DNA from: Eubacteriales bacterium
GTDB lineage: Bacteria; Bacillota; Clostridia; Oscillospirales; CAG-272
Direction of reading: 5' to 3'
NCBI GenBank assembly: GCA_045643945.1
Contig: JAZRGA010000066.1
Span: forward strand, 677-64,676
Length of the DNA: 64,000 nucleotides
Part shown: piece by piece, positions 10,126 to 18,903 of the stretch
Numbering within the stretch: position 1 is the stretch's first letter
Layout: each line of letters begins with the position of its first letter
Made by a program: the position numbers and the translations under genes
Notes under the pieces: generated by a model
Told to the model about the DNA's origin: nothing
What the model saw: only the letters and a program-made list of their open reading frames with translations
Databases searched by the model: none

Positions 10126-10581
10126 ATGGCTAAATTAAAAATAGTAAAAATCGGCGACCCTGTGCTTCGCGCAATCTCGCGTCCCGTAGAAAAAATAACC
10201 CCCAGAACACTTCAACTTATTGATGATATGGTTGAAACCATGCGTGCCGCCGACGGTGCGGGTCTTGCCGCTCCGCAGGTTGGAGTATTGCGCAGAATAG
10301 TTGTAATCGAAACACCCGAGGACGGACTTTTTGAGCTTATAAATCCCAAAATAATTGCCTATGCAGGTGAGCAACGCACGCACGAGGGCTGTCTTTCAAT
10401 TCCCGACAGATTCGGTCTTACAGTTCGTCCCATGCACGTAACCGTAAGAGCCTTAAACCGTAAGGGTGAGGCAATCGAGGTAAACGGCTCGGGACTTCTC
10501 GCAAAGGCGTTATGCCACGAAATAGACCATCTTGACGGCAAGCTTTATATCGATTGCGCTATCAAAATGGAAAATGCATAA
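10126..10581 (+). CDS. def: Peptide deformylase
   Basis: Motifs GAGLAAPQVG, EGCLS and HEIDHLDG. Confidence 0.95.
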   Translation: MAKLKIVKIGDPVLRAISRPVEKITPRTLQLIDDMVETMRAADGAGLAAPQVGVLRRIVVIETPEDGLFELINPKIIAYAGEQRTHEGCLSIPDRFGLTVRPMHVTVRALNRKGEAIEVNGSGLLAKALCHEIDHLDGKLYIDCAIKMENA

Positions 10582-10605
10582 TTTTTTCAGGAGAATCAAA
10601 TAATA

Positions 10606-11550
10606 ATGAAAATTCTTTTTATGGGCACGCCCGATTTTGCCCTTTTCTCACTCAAGTCATTGGTTGAATATTCTAAGCAAAGCGATATAGAAATTTGCGG
10701 AGTAATAACTCAGCCCGACAAGCCTAAGGGTAGAGGCTATGCTATGATGCCGCCTCCCGTAAAGCAATATGCTCTTGAAGCGGGACTCGACGTTTATCAG
10801 CCCGAAACGCTAAAGGATGAAGCCTTTTTCGAGCTTCTCTCCACTCTCTCCCCCGACCTTATCGCGGTTGTGGCATATGGAAAAATTCTTCCGAAAAGCG
10901 TTATCGACTATCCCAAATACGGTTGTATCAACGTACACGGCTCACTTCTTCCCGAGTACAGGGGCGCCGCTCCCATGCAAAGAGCAATAATCGACGGCAA
11001 GAAAAAGACCGGTATTACCATAATGTATATGGCAGAGGGACTTGACACAGGAGATATGCTTCTTTCGCGCGAGCTTATTATAAACGAAAATGATAATTTT
11101 GAAAACATACACGACGGACTCGGTATGCTCGGAGCAGAAATGCTTGTCGAAATAATTCCCATGCTTCAAAGCGGAGCGGCTGTCCGTGTACCGCAGGACG
11201 ATTCTCTTTCGAGCTATGCAAAAAAGATAACCAAGGAGGACTGTCTGGTCGATTTTTCTAAGGACGCTCAAACCGTCCACAACCTCATTCGCGGACTCTC
11301 TCCCGTTCCGTTAAGCTTTACCCACACACCAAACGGAAAGCTTTTAAAGCTTATAGAGTCGAAAATTGCAGACCGTGAAACACCTCACGAGCGTATAGGT
11401 GAGGTTTTGTCGCTTGACGGAAAAATCGAGGTAGCCTGCGCAAAAGGCTCTCTTTATATTGAGCGTGTTCTTCCCGAGGGTAAGTCACGTATGAGCGCCG
11501 CAGACTTTATACGCGGACGCAATATTTCTGTCGGAGATATCTTAAAATAA
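10606..11550 (+). CDS. fmt: Methionyl-tRNA formyltransferase
   Basis: MKILFMGTPDFA and HGSLLPEYRGAAPMQRAI. def-fmt synteny. Confidence 0.95.
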   Translation: MKILFMGTPDFALFSLKSLVEYSKQSDIEICGVITQPDKPKGRGYAMMPPPVKQYALEAGLDVYQPETLKDEAFFELLSTLSPDLIAVVAYGKILPKSVIDYPKYGCINVHGSLLPEYRGAAPMQRAIIDGKKKTGITIMYMAEGLDTGDMLLSRELIINENDNFENIHDGLGMLGAEMLVEIIPMLQSGAAVRVPQDDSLSSYAKKITKEDCLVDFSKDAQTVHNLIRGLSPVPLSFTHTPNGKLLKLIESKIADRETPHERIGEVLSLDGKIEVACAKGSLYIERVLPEGKSRMSAADFIRGRNISVGDILK

Positions 11551-11569
11551 TAAAAAATAGAGGTAACAA

Positions 11570-12265
11570 ATGTTATTCGGATATTTTACGTTTGACTGGA
11601 CAATACTTTTAGTTATTCCCGGTCTTATAATTTCAATATGGGCGCAAATAAAGGTAAGCTCGACCTTTAACAATTATTCAAGGCTTACCACCGCTCGCGG
11701 ACTTTCGGGCTACGGTGCGGCAAGACGAATACTTGACGCAAACGGTCTTTCACACGTTAAAATAGAGCAAATACGCGGCAATCTTACCGACCACTACGAC
11801 CCACGCGCAAACGTCATAAGACTTTCGGAATCGGTATATCACGCAACCTCTCCCGCCGCTATCGGAGTTGCCGCTCACGAAGCGGGGCACGCAATACAGT
11901 ACGCAAAAAATTACGCGCCGATAAAATTAAGAGCAGGTCTTGTAAAGGTCACCAATATTGGCTCGGCTCTTTCTATGCCCCTATTTTTCATTGGCTTGCT
12001 TTTTGCTTACTACCCTTTAACAATACTCGGAATAATTCTCTATTCACTCGTCACACTCTTTCAGCTTGTGACACTTCCCGTTGAATTTAACGCATCCTCG
12101 CGTGCGATGGCAGTGCTTGAATCCTCGGGAATTCTAAATCAAGACGAGCTATACGCATCAAGAAAGGTACTCAATGCTGCGGCAATGACATACGTTGCGG
12201 CGCTTCTCACCTCACTTCTTACACTTCTCCGCTTGCTTATACTTGCAAACGGCAGACGAAGATAA
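11570..12265 (+). CDS. Membrane zinc metallopeptidase (YugP-like)
   Basis: HEAGHAIQ zinc motif. N-terminal and C-terminal hydrophobic helices. Confidence 0.8.
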   Translation: MLFGYFTFDWTILLVIPGLIISIWAQIKVSSTFNNYSRLTTARGLSGYGAARRILDANGLSHVKIEQIRGNLTDHYDPRANVIRLSESVYHATSPAAIGVAAHEAGHAIQYAKNYAPIKLRAGLVKVTNIGSALSMPLFFIGLLFAYYPLTILGIILYSLVTLFQLVTLPVEFNASSRAMAVLESSGILNQDELYASRKVLNAAAMTYVAALLTSLLTLLRLLILANGRRR

Positions 12266-12268
12266 GCT

Positions 12269-13552
12269 ATGACGGCTCGCGAGCTTACACTCTCACTTCT
12301 TATGAAGGGAGAAAAAACCAAGCAATATTCAAATATCGTTCTCGATAATGCTCTAAAAAATTCCGAGCTTTCAAGTGCTGATAGAGGACTTGTATCGGCT
12401 CTGTTTTACGGAGTTATCGAAAGACGAATAACTCTCGATTATCAGATAAAGTCACTTGCCACCAGAGATATAAGCGACATCGACGAAAAAACCGTCAATG
12501 CTCTGCGAATAGGACTTTATCAGCTTATATATCTTGACAGAATTCCGCCACACGCGGCAATAAACGAGTCGGTTTCTCTTTGCTCAAGAAAAAGCGCAGG
12601 CTTTGCAAACGCAATTTTACGTTCATTTTTAAGGCGCGGCGGTGTATCCCTACCCGACAAAAGCAATACGCTTGAATATCTTTCGGTCGCATATTCGATA
12701 GATATTCCTCTGCTTTCAAGGCTTTTATCGATATTCGGCAGAGATGAAACAGAAAAGCTTTTAACGGCAATAAACCAAGCGCCACCCACAACACTGCGAG
12801 TTAATACTCTTTTAACCGACAGAAATACGCTTATAGAAAAAATACCGTCAAGCGCTCCAACCAAAAACGCTCCCCACGGTATTTTCGTTCAAGGCTCTGT
12901 CCGTGATATTTACGGATTTGACGAGGGAATGTTTTTCGTTCAGGACGAGGCGTCGCAAATATGCGTTGAAGCTCTCGGCGCAAAAAGCGGTGACGTTGTT
13001 ATGGATATCTGCGCCTGCCCCGGCTCAAAAAGCTTTGGAGCGGCAATAACGATGAAAAACCGAGGAGAAATTTACTCCTTTGATCTTCACGAAAATAAGC
13101 TTTCGCTTGTAATAAATGGAGCGGAACGGTTAAAAATAGATATTATTCAGACCTCCGATTGCGACGGACGGCATTTTTTACCCACCTTTGAGAAAGCCTC
13201 AGACCGTATAATCTGCGACGTTCCCTGCTCGGGCTTTGGAGTCCTTGCAAAAAAGCCTGAGTTAAGATACAAAAATCCCGAGGAGTCGGCGGCTCTGCCT
13301 AAAATCCAGCGTGATATTCTTAATAACGCCTGCAAATATTTAAAATCTGGCGGTACGCTTATTTATTCAACCTGCACTATTCTCCCCGAGGAAAACGAGA
13401 AAAATATCGAGGATTTTCTTGCATCTCACCCCGATTTCTACCTTGAGGAATGGCAAGTTGGAGATATCGTTGCAAAGGGCGGCATGATTACGCTTCTTCC
13501 CCACATACACAAAACAGACGGATTTTTTATCGCTAAATTAAAAAGAAAGTAA
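12269..13552 (+). CDS. rsmB: 16S rRNA (cytosine967-C5)-methyltransferase
   Basis: N-terminal NusB-like region, then a SAM MTase with DICACPGSKS, CDVPCSGFGV and YSTCT motifs. fmt-rsmB synteny. Confidence 0.9.
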   Translation: MTARELTLSLLMKGEKTKQYSNIVLDNALKNSELSSADRGLVSALFYGVIERRITLDYQIKSLATRDISDIDEKTVNALRIGLYQLIYLDRIPPHAAINESVSLCSRKSAGFANAILRSFLRRGGVSLPDKSNTLEYLSVAYSIDIPLLSRLLSIFGRDETEKLLTAINQAPPTTLRVNTLLTDRNTLIEKIPSSAPTKNAPHGIFVQGSVRDIYGFDEGMFFVQDEASQICVEALGAKSGDVVMDICACPGSKSFGAAITMKNRGEIYSFDLHENKLSLVINGAERLKIDIIQTSDCDGRHFLPTFEKASDRIICDVPCSGFGVLAKKPELRYKNPEESAALPKIQRDILNNACKYLKSGGTLIYSTCTILPEENEKNIEDFLASHPDFYLEEWQVGDIVAKGGMITLLPHIHKTDGFFIAKLKRK

Positions 13553-13596
13553 ACGGTAATAAAATTTACTTAATAAGTTACCGTCAATTAATTAAA

Positions 13597-14658
13597 ATGA
13601 ATAAAACAGACAAAAAAGATCTTCTTTCGCTCTATCCCGACGAGCTTGTAGCGCTCGTTTTATCACTCGGAGAGCCGAAATACCGTGCAAATCAGATTTT
13701 CACACAAATACACAAGGGTATTTCTCCCGATAATATTACTAATATAGGTAAGGAAACGAAAAGAAAGCTTGCCGAGGCATCATATTTTTATTTACCGACG
13801 GTGCGCCTAAAATTAGTTTCAAAAATCGACGGAACGGTTAAATATCTTTTCGAGCTTTCCGACGGTAACACCGTTGAAAGCGTTGTAATGAAATATAAGC
13901 ACGGAAACACTATATGCGTTTCCTCTCAGGTGGGATGCAGAATGGGATGCGCCTTTTGCGCCTCAACCATCGGAGGTAAGGTCCGTGACCTTTCGGCATC
14001 GGAGATACTCGGTCAGATACTCGCCGCGCAGAACGATATAGGCGAGAGAATTTCAAATATCGTAATGATGGGTATTGGAGAGCCACTTGATAATTACGAC
14101 AACGTAATAAGATTTTTAAGGCTTGTCGGTGACGAAAACGGTCTTAACATAGGCTACCGCCACATTTCACTTTCGACCTGCGGTCTTGTTGATAAAATAG
14201 ACAGACTCGCAAAGGAGGCATTTCCGATAACTCTTTCGATATCGCTTCACGCATCAAACGATGAAACCAGAAGCTCTATAATGCCCGTAAACAAAAAGTG
14301 GAGCATAGACGCGCTTCTTGATGCCTGCCTGCGCTATTATACAACCACTAAAAGGCGTATTTCCTTTGAATATACTCTAATAGCGGGAAAGAATGATTCC
14401 AAGGACTCTGCTCTTGAGCTTGCAGAGCTTTTAAATAAAAAGCTGCGTCCTAAATTTCAAAAGGACTCATTCCCCATACACGTTAATTTAATACCCGTCA
14501 ATCCCGTAAACGAAACCGAGTTTTCGGCATCCGATAAGGCGGCGGTTGAAAAATTTGCCGCTACCCTTGAGCAAAAGGGTATCCGAGCAACGGTGCGCAG
14601 ACGGTTAGGCGCAGACATAAACGCCTCCTGCGGTCAGTTAAGACGGGAAAGGTCATAA
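13597..14658 (+). CDS. rlmN: 23S rRNA/tRNA (adenine-C2)-methyltransferase, radical SAM
   Basis: CRMGCAFCAS radical-SAM cluster motif, MGIGEPLDN, and a C-terminal CGQL. Confidence 0.93.
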   Translation: MNKTDKKDLLSLYPDELVALVLSLGEPKYRANQIFTQIHKGISPDNITNIGKETKRKLAEASYFYLPTVRLKLVSKIDGTVKYLFELSDGNTVESVVMKYKHGNTICVSSQVGCRMGCAFCASTIGGKVRDLSASEILGQILAAQNDIGERISNIVMMGIGEPLDNYDNVIRFLRLVGDENGLNIGYRHISLSTCGLVDKIDRLAKEAFPITLSISLHASNDETRSSIMPVNKKWSIDALLDACLRYYTTTKRRISFEYTLIAGKNDSKDSALELAELLNKKLRPKFQKDSFPIHVNLIPVNPVNETEFSASDKAAVEKFAATLEQKGIRATVRRRLGADINASCGQLRRERS

Positions 14659-14729
14659 AATACGTCATATTTTCTCTACATATTAAATATTTAAGGTTTA
14701 ATATTTAATTTTTATATTGCGGAGAAAAT

Positions 14730-15710
14730 ATGAGATACATTTTTTCAAATTTTTCAAAAAAGAAAAGAACGAAAAACGAAGAAGCAGAGGCACAAGCACA
14801 CACCCGTCCCTCGCTTAATTCAAACCTGCCCGAGATTTACCGTGGAATGCAGATATACGAAACCGACTCGGACAGATTTTGTCAATTTGACGAGGATTAT
14901 TTCGAGGGAGAAAATTACCGACAAACTGCAGGTAAAAAAAGTCGCAAAAAAAGAGCCCCGATTGCTCCGCCAAAAACTCCTCCAATATTTTTCTTCGGAA
15001 TATTTTGCGGCGCTTTATCGGTGCTTATAGCCTCGGGCGGCATAGCGTTTTTCTCTCTGTTTTCAAAATTCGGAGGAATATATACCTCTGTTACCGTTCC
15101 GAGTCTGGTATCATTATCCGAAAAAGAGGCTATTGAGCTTATCAAAAATCAATACACCTACTTTGATTATTCAATCGAATACAAGGAAAATCCAAGCGTT
15201 GAAGACGGAAGGGTCATTTCGCAAATTCCAAAGCCGTCAAGCGCTCGCAGACTCTACGGAATAAATGGGCGAATTACCCTAAAGCTTACCGTAAACAAAG
15301 CGCCAAAGCCACTGACTCTGCCGAGTATTATCGGTCAAAACGCACGCGAGGTCGCCCTTGAGCTTAAAAATGCGGGAATAAACGTCGAGCTTTCCGAGGT
15401 ATATTCGGATGAAATTAAAATCGGCAAAATAATCTCCTCATCGCATACAGCGGGAAGTCTTATTAACAAAAACGATACCGTTTATATCACCGCAAGCCTC
15501 GGAAAACAAATAAATTACGTCATAGCTCCCGACCTTATAGGAATGTCGGAAAGCGCCGCAATATCACGCTTAAAAAAGCAAGGACTTGACGTAAATAAGG
15601 TGATATATAAAAGCTCCCCCCTACCTCTCGGAACTGTGATAGCGCAAAGCACCGAGGGCGGAAGCTCTGTTCGCGAGGGTAGCAAAATAACCATTTCCGT
15701 TAGCGGATAG
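14730..15710 (+). CDS. Membrane protein with three extracellular PASTA domains and no kinase domain
   Basis: About 90 aa of basic cytoplasmic N-terminus, a TM helix (IFFFGIFCGALSVLIASGGIAFFSLF), then three PASTA-like units starting VPSLVSLSEKEAIELIK, LPSIIGQNAREVALELK and APDLIGMSESAAISRLK. Confidence 0.8.
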   Translation: MRYIFSNFSKKKRTKNEEAEAQAHTRPSLNSNLPEIYRGMQIYETDSDRFCQFDEDYFEGENYRQTAGKKSRKKRAPIAPPKTPPIFFFGIFCGALSVLIASGGIAFFSLFSKFGGIYTSVTVPSLVSLSEKEAIELIKNQYTYFDYSIEYKENPSVEDGRVISQIPKPSSARRLYGINGRITLKLTVNKAPKPLTLPSIIGQNAREVALELKNAGINVELSEVYSDEIKIGKIISSSHTAGSLINKNDTVYITASLGKQINYVIAPDLIGMSESAAISRLKKQGLDVNKVIYKSSPLPLGTVIAQSTEGGSSVREGSKITISVSG

Positions 15711-15764
15711 CACAGTAAATAACGCTTTTTTCAATGCTTTATACAATTAATGAAAGGACAATAT

Positions 15765-16727
15765 ATGAGCGATAAGATATACGGCAAAATAATGCAAGGT
15801 GTAGGCGGACTATATTCGGTTCGTATTACCGAAGCCGAAAGCGACTCAGCTATCGTAGGATATACCGTATCCTGCAGAGCAAGAGGGTCATTCAGGCATA
15901 ACAATCTCTCTCCGTTAGCGGGTGACAACGTAATACTCTCACGCACACGAAGCGATAGAGATGCAAACGTCGAGGAATACGTAATAGAAGACATTCTTGA
16001 TAGAAAAAACGCTCTCATCCGTCCCCCGCTTGCAAATCTTGATTATTTATTTATAACCCTTGCCGCCGCATCACCGAAGCCTGTTCTTTCAACCGTTGAC
16101 AAGCTTATATCTATTGCGGAATTTAATGAAATAGAGCCTATTATAGTTATAACGAAATGCGAGCTTGATTTTGAATATGCAAAAAAGCTTAAATCCATAT
16201 ATGAAAATAGCGGATTTACGGTATTTTGCCTTAGCGCGGCAGAAAACATAAACGTAGAGCCTATCGACACCTTCATAAAAAACGCTCTCCCCTCCAAGCT
16301 TGCGGCTTTTGCAGGGGCATCGGGTATAGGTAAATCAACACTTTTAAACCGACTCTTTCCAAGCCTTTCGCTCTCAACCTCAGAAATAAGCAAAAAAATT
16401 CAACGAGGCAAGCACACAACGCGAAAGGTAGAGCTTTTCCCTATTTCCTTTGAGGGAGATTCAGATAAAATCGGATATATTGCCGACACCCCAGGATTTT
16501 CTATGCTTGACTTTGAGCGCTTTGACTTTTTTGAAAAGGACGACCTTGTTTACACTATGAGAGAATTCCGTCCGTACATAGGAGAATGCAGATACACGAA
16601 ATGCTCTCATACAAAGGAGGACGGCTGCGCAATAATAAAAGCACTTAATGACGGCACAATAGAGCCTACACGCCACCAAAGCTTTTGCGAGCTTTATGAC
16701 GTGCTTAAGGTAAAAGTTAAATGGTAA
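15765..16727 (+). CDS. rsgA: Ribosome small-subunit biogenesis GTPase RsgA
   Basis: Circularly permuted GTPase with ITKCEL, GASGIGKSTLLN and DTPGF, plus the C-terminal zinc cluster CRYTKCSHTKEDGC. The ATG at 15765 has GAAAGGA upstream, while the track start at 15750 has no SD. Confidence 0.9.
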   Translation: MSDKIYGKIMQGVGGLYSVRITEAESDSAIVGYTVSCRARGSFRHNNLSPLAGDNVILSRTRSDRDANVEEYVIEDILDRKNALIRPPLANLDYLFITLAAASPKPVLSTVDKLISIAEFNEIEPIIVITKCELDFEYAKKLKSIYENSGFTVFCLSAAENINVEPIDTFIKNALPSKLAAFAGASGIGKSTLLNRLFPSLSLSTSEISKKIQRGKHTTRKVELFPISFEGDSDKIGYIADTPGFSMLDFERFDFFEKDDLVYTMREFRPYIGECRYTKCSHTKEDGCAIIKALNDGTIEPTRHQSFCELYDVLKVKVKW

Positions 16728-16744
16728 TCGATAAGGAGAAGCAT

Positions 16745-17386
16745 ATGAAAGCATTTATATACGTTGGAGGCTCGATTTATGCGGATAATATAACCGAGCA
16801 TCCAAAATCCGACGACCTTTGTATTGCCGCAGACGTTGGAGCGGACAACGCAAGGCTTCTCGGAGATACTCCCGATATTATTGTGGGAGATTTTGACTCG
16901 GCAAGGCTTGACGACCTCAAAAAGCTCTTTCCGAAAGCAGAAATAACAGTAGTTCCCGCAGAGAAGGACTTTACCGACTCCGAGCTTGCAATTGAAACCG
17001 CTATGGCTAAGGGAGCAACCGAAATAGTGATAATAGGCGGTCTTGACGGTAGACTCGACCACACGCTTACAAATCTTTCACTCGTTGAGCGCCTTGCAAA
17101 AAGCGGAGTATACGCAACCATAACAAGCGGAAGAAACAGAGTTCGCTATATTGAAAATACAAGCACGCTCATTCCGAGAAGTCACTTTAAATATCTCTCG
17201 CTCGTTCCACGCACCGAGAAGATAAAGGGCGTTACTATTTTAGGATGCAAGTATCCCCTTGAAAACGCCAATCTTACAAAAGCATCGCAAGGACTTACCG
17301 TTTCAAATGAAATAACCGAAAACTGCGCCTTTATAGCGGTTAAAAAGGGCGGACTGCTTATTATAGAGTCCTCTGACAGTCATTGA
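16745..17386 (+). CDS. thiN: Thiamine diphosphokinase
   Basis: GDFDS and GGLDGRLDH motifs. The ATG at 16745 is preceded by AAGGAG. The track start at 16721 overlaps the end of rsgA. Confidence 0.85.
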   Translation: MKAFIYVGGSIYADNITEHPKSDDLCIAADVGADNARLLGDTPDIIVGDFDSARLDDLKKLFPKAEITVVPAEKDFTDSELAIETAMAKGATEIVIIGGLDGRLDHTLTNLSLVERLAKSGVYATITSGRNRVRYIENTSTLIPRSHFKYLSLVPRTEKIKGVTILGCKYPLENANLTKASQGLTVSNEITENCAFIAVKKGGLLIIESSDSH

Positions 17387-17391
17387 TAGGA

Positions 17392-18579
17392 CTACATACC
17401 GACAAATTCAATTCTGCGAAGCTTAGACCACTTTGCGGCTTGATAGAGCATACCGAGAGTACGGACCATCTGTTCCGTATTCTCTTTTTTTATGCTTTCT
17501 TTGTCGAGTCTTTTTAAAATGAGGTTTAATTTTAAATCACCCATAATGCTTCTCAAAAAAAGAATTTCATTTCTTTCTAAGGATAAAAAAAGCTCCGCAA
17601 GAATTTCAAAGCTCCGCTTCTTCTCCTCCTCATATTTTATACGAAGTCCCTCGTATCTATCGGGCGGTACAATCGTTCCAAATCCCATTTTTCCGTAAAA
17701 AGCGCTTAATCTGTCCTCTCGCTCATAGGAATATAGAAGATTTTCTTTTTTTATATAATCGTCAAACCGAAAAACAGAGCCATCGCGCACACTTGAAAAC
17801 AAACGGCAAAGGCTCGGCATAGATACGTCAAACTGAGGTATATCAAAGGCTATAAGCGCATCCTCAAGAGATGCGATAACGTCGCTTACGCAAATATCGG
17901 GCAACGGCTCAAGAGAACGCCCCTTTGCTCCCTCTCCTATTCTTGACTTTATTTGCCTATGCGTCGAGCCGCGATAAAAAAATCTACTTACTCCAAGCTC
18001 GCTAAACAAAACGCACTCTCCTCTGCGCACCTCAAAAATATCACTGTAAATGTCTGCCGCACCGTATACTCCGACAGGTGAGGTAAGATGCTCCGAAAGC
18101 ACCTCCTTATTGACCCTTACCGCCCTGCTCTCCTTATCGTCAATAGCAAGTATTCCCTTTGGCTCAGAGGAAAATAACACCTTTCCCGACTTCAATCTAT
18201 AAAAAAGAGGCTTTTTCCCGTTTTTATCCCTTGCAAGCAATAACATTCTTCGCTTTGAATCATACAAAGCAACTGCAAACGGAAGGGCAAGCATTCCCAA
18301 AAATTCAACTCCGTAAGTAAGATATGCTTCAATAGCCGCCTTACCGTCAAAAAAGGGAGCATCTATTGCTAAAACGGTATTATATCCGCTCCGCTCGGAA
18401 ATAATAGGCTGCTCACATTCAAAAATTCCGTCCGAATTATAAAACATCCCTACTCCGCTGTCAAAAAACTCCACGCTCGAATCTCGCCCTCTCAACGTCT
18501 GCGCATTTTTTATTGCATTAAGCTCCAAAAAGCCGACGTTACCGTTTCTAAAATCTACAACCCCACCTATTGCACTCAT
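17392..18579 (-). CDS. Asparagine-synthase-like protein (class II glutamine amidotransferase fold, degenerate)
   Basis: AsnB-like N-terminal domain (LLLARDKNGKKPLFY, FSSEPKGIL), but it starts MSAIGG instead of MCGI. No SGGxDS PP-loop is seen. Only 395 aa. Confidence 0.65.
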   Translation of the reverse strand: MSAIGGVVDFRNGNVGFLELNAIKNAQTLRGRDSSVEFFDSGVGMFYNSDGIFECEQPIISERSGYNTVLAIDAPFFDGKAAIEAYLTYGVEFLGMLALPFAVALYDSKRRMLLLARDKNGKKPLFYRLKSGKVLFSSEPKGILAIDDKESRAVRVNKEVLSEHLTSPVGVYGAADIYSDIFEVRRGECVLFSELGVSRFFYRGSTHRQIKSRIGEGAKGRSLEPLPDICVSDVIASLEDALIAFDIPQFDVSMPSLCRLFSSVRDGSVFRFDDYIKKENLLYSYEREDRLSAFYGKMGFGTIVPPDRYEGLRIKYEEEKKRSFEILAELFLSLERNEILFLRSIMGDLKLNLILKRLDKESIKKENTEQMVRTLGMLYQAAKWSKLRRIEFVGM

Positions 18580-18702
18580 AATAAATCCCCTATCGAAAAA
18601 TCATTTATACAATATATATTATGGCGCAAGCAAGAAAAAAATAAGTCACTTTTTAAAAAAACGCATATACTGTAATGAAACCCAATAAAGGAGGAGCTTT
18701 TT

Positions 18703-18822
18703 ATGAAAATAGTTTTACTTCGCACACCCTCGTTTTTATCTCCTATCATCAAAAAAATATTTACAGCAACCGAAAAAAATAGGAAAGGGAGCGCCGCAAA
18801 AAGACGCCAAAACGGCAAATAA
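18703..18822 (+). CDS. Possible small basic protein, 39 aa
   Basis: Not in the track. AGGAGG lies 8 nt before the ATG. Sequence MKIVLLRTPSFLSPIIKKIFTATEKNRKGSAAKRRQNGK. Supported only by the SD and an open frame. Confidence 0.25.
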   Translation: MKIVLLRTPSFLSPIIKKIFTATEKNRKGSAAKRRQNGK

Positions 18823-18831
18823 AATTCACAG

Positions 18832-18860
18832 TTGACAAATTAAGCAAAAAATGGTATAAT
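18832..18860 (+). promoter_or_regulatory. Sigma-A type promoter (extended -10) of the LRR lipoprotein gene
   Basis: TTGACA (18832..18837), 17 nt ending in TGG, TATAAT (18855..18860). Confidence 0.6.
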
Positions 18861-18903
18861 TATGATACGAAAATATTCTATGAATATTAAGGAGGTAAAT
18901 AAA

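Noticed and set aside
18576-18818. Track ORF of 80 aa (minus strand) upstream of the AsnB-like gene
   Set aside because: It has no SD and a low-complexity hydrophobic sequence. It would overlap the AsnB-like start and the plus-strand SD/ORF region.
17392-18822. Lasso-peptide cluster (AsnB-like cyclase plus a nearby 39-aa ORF)
   Set aside because: The AsnB-like protein lacks the ATP-binding PP-loop. No B-protease, RRE or dedicated exporter lies adjacent. The small ORF is divergent, very basic and has no leader/core look.
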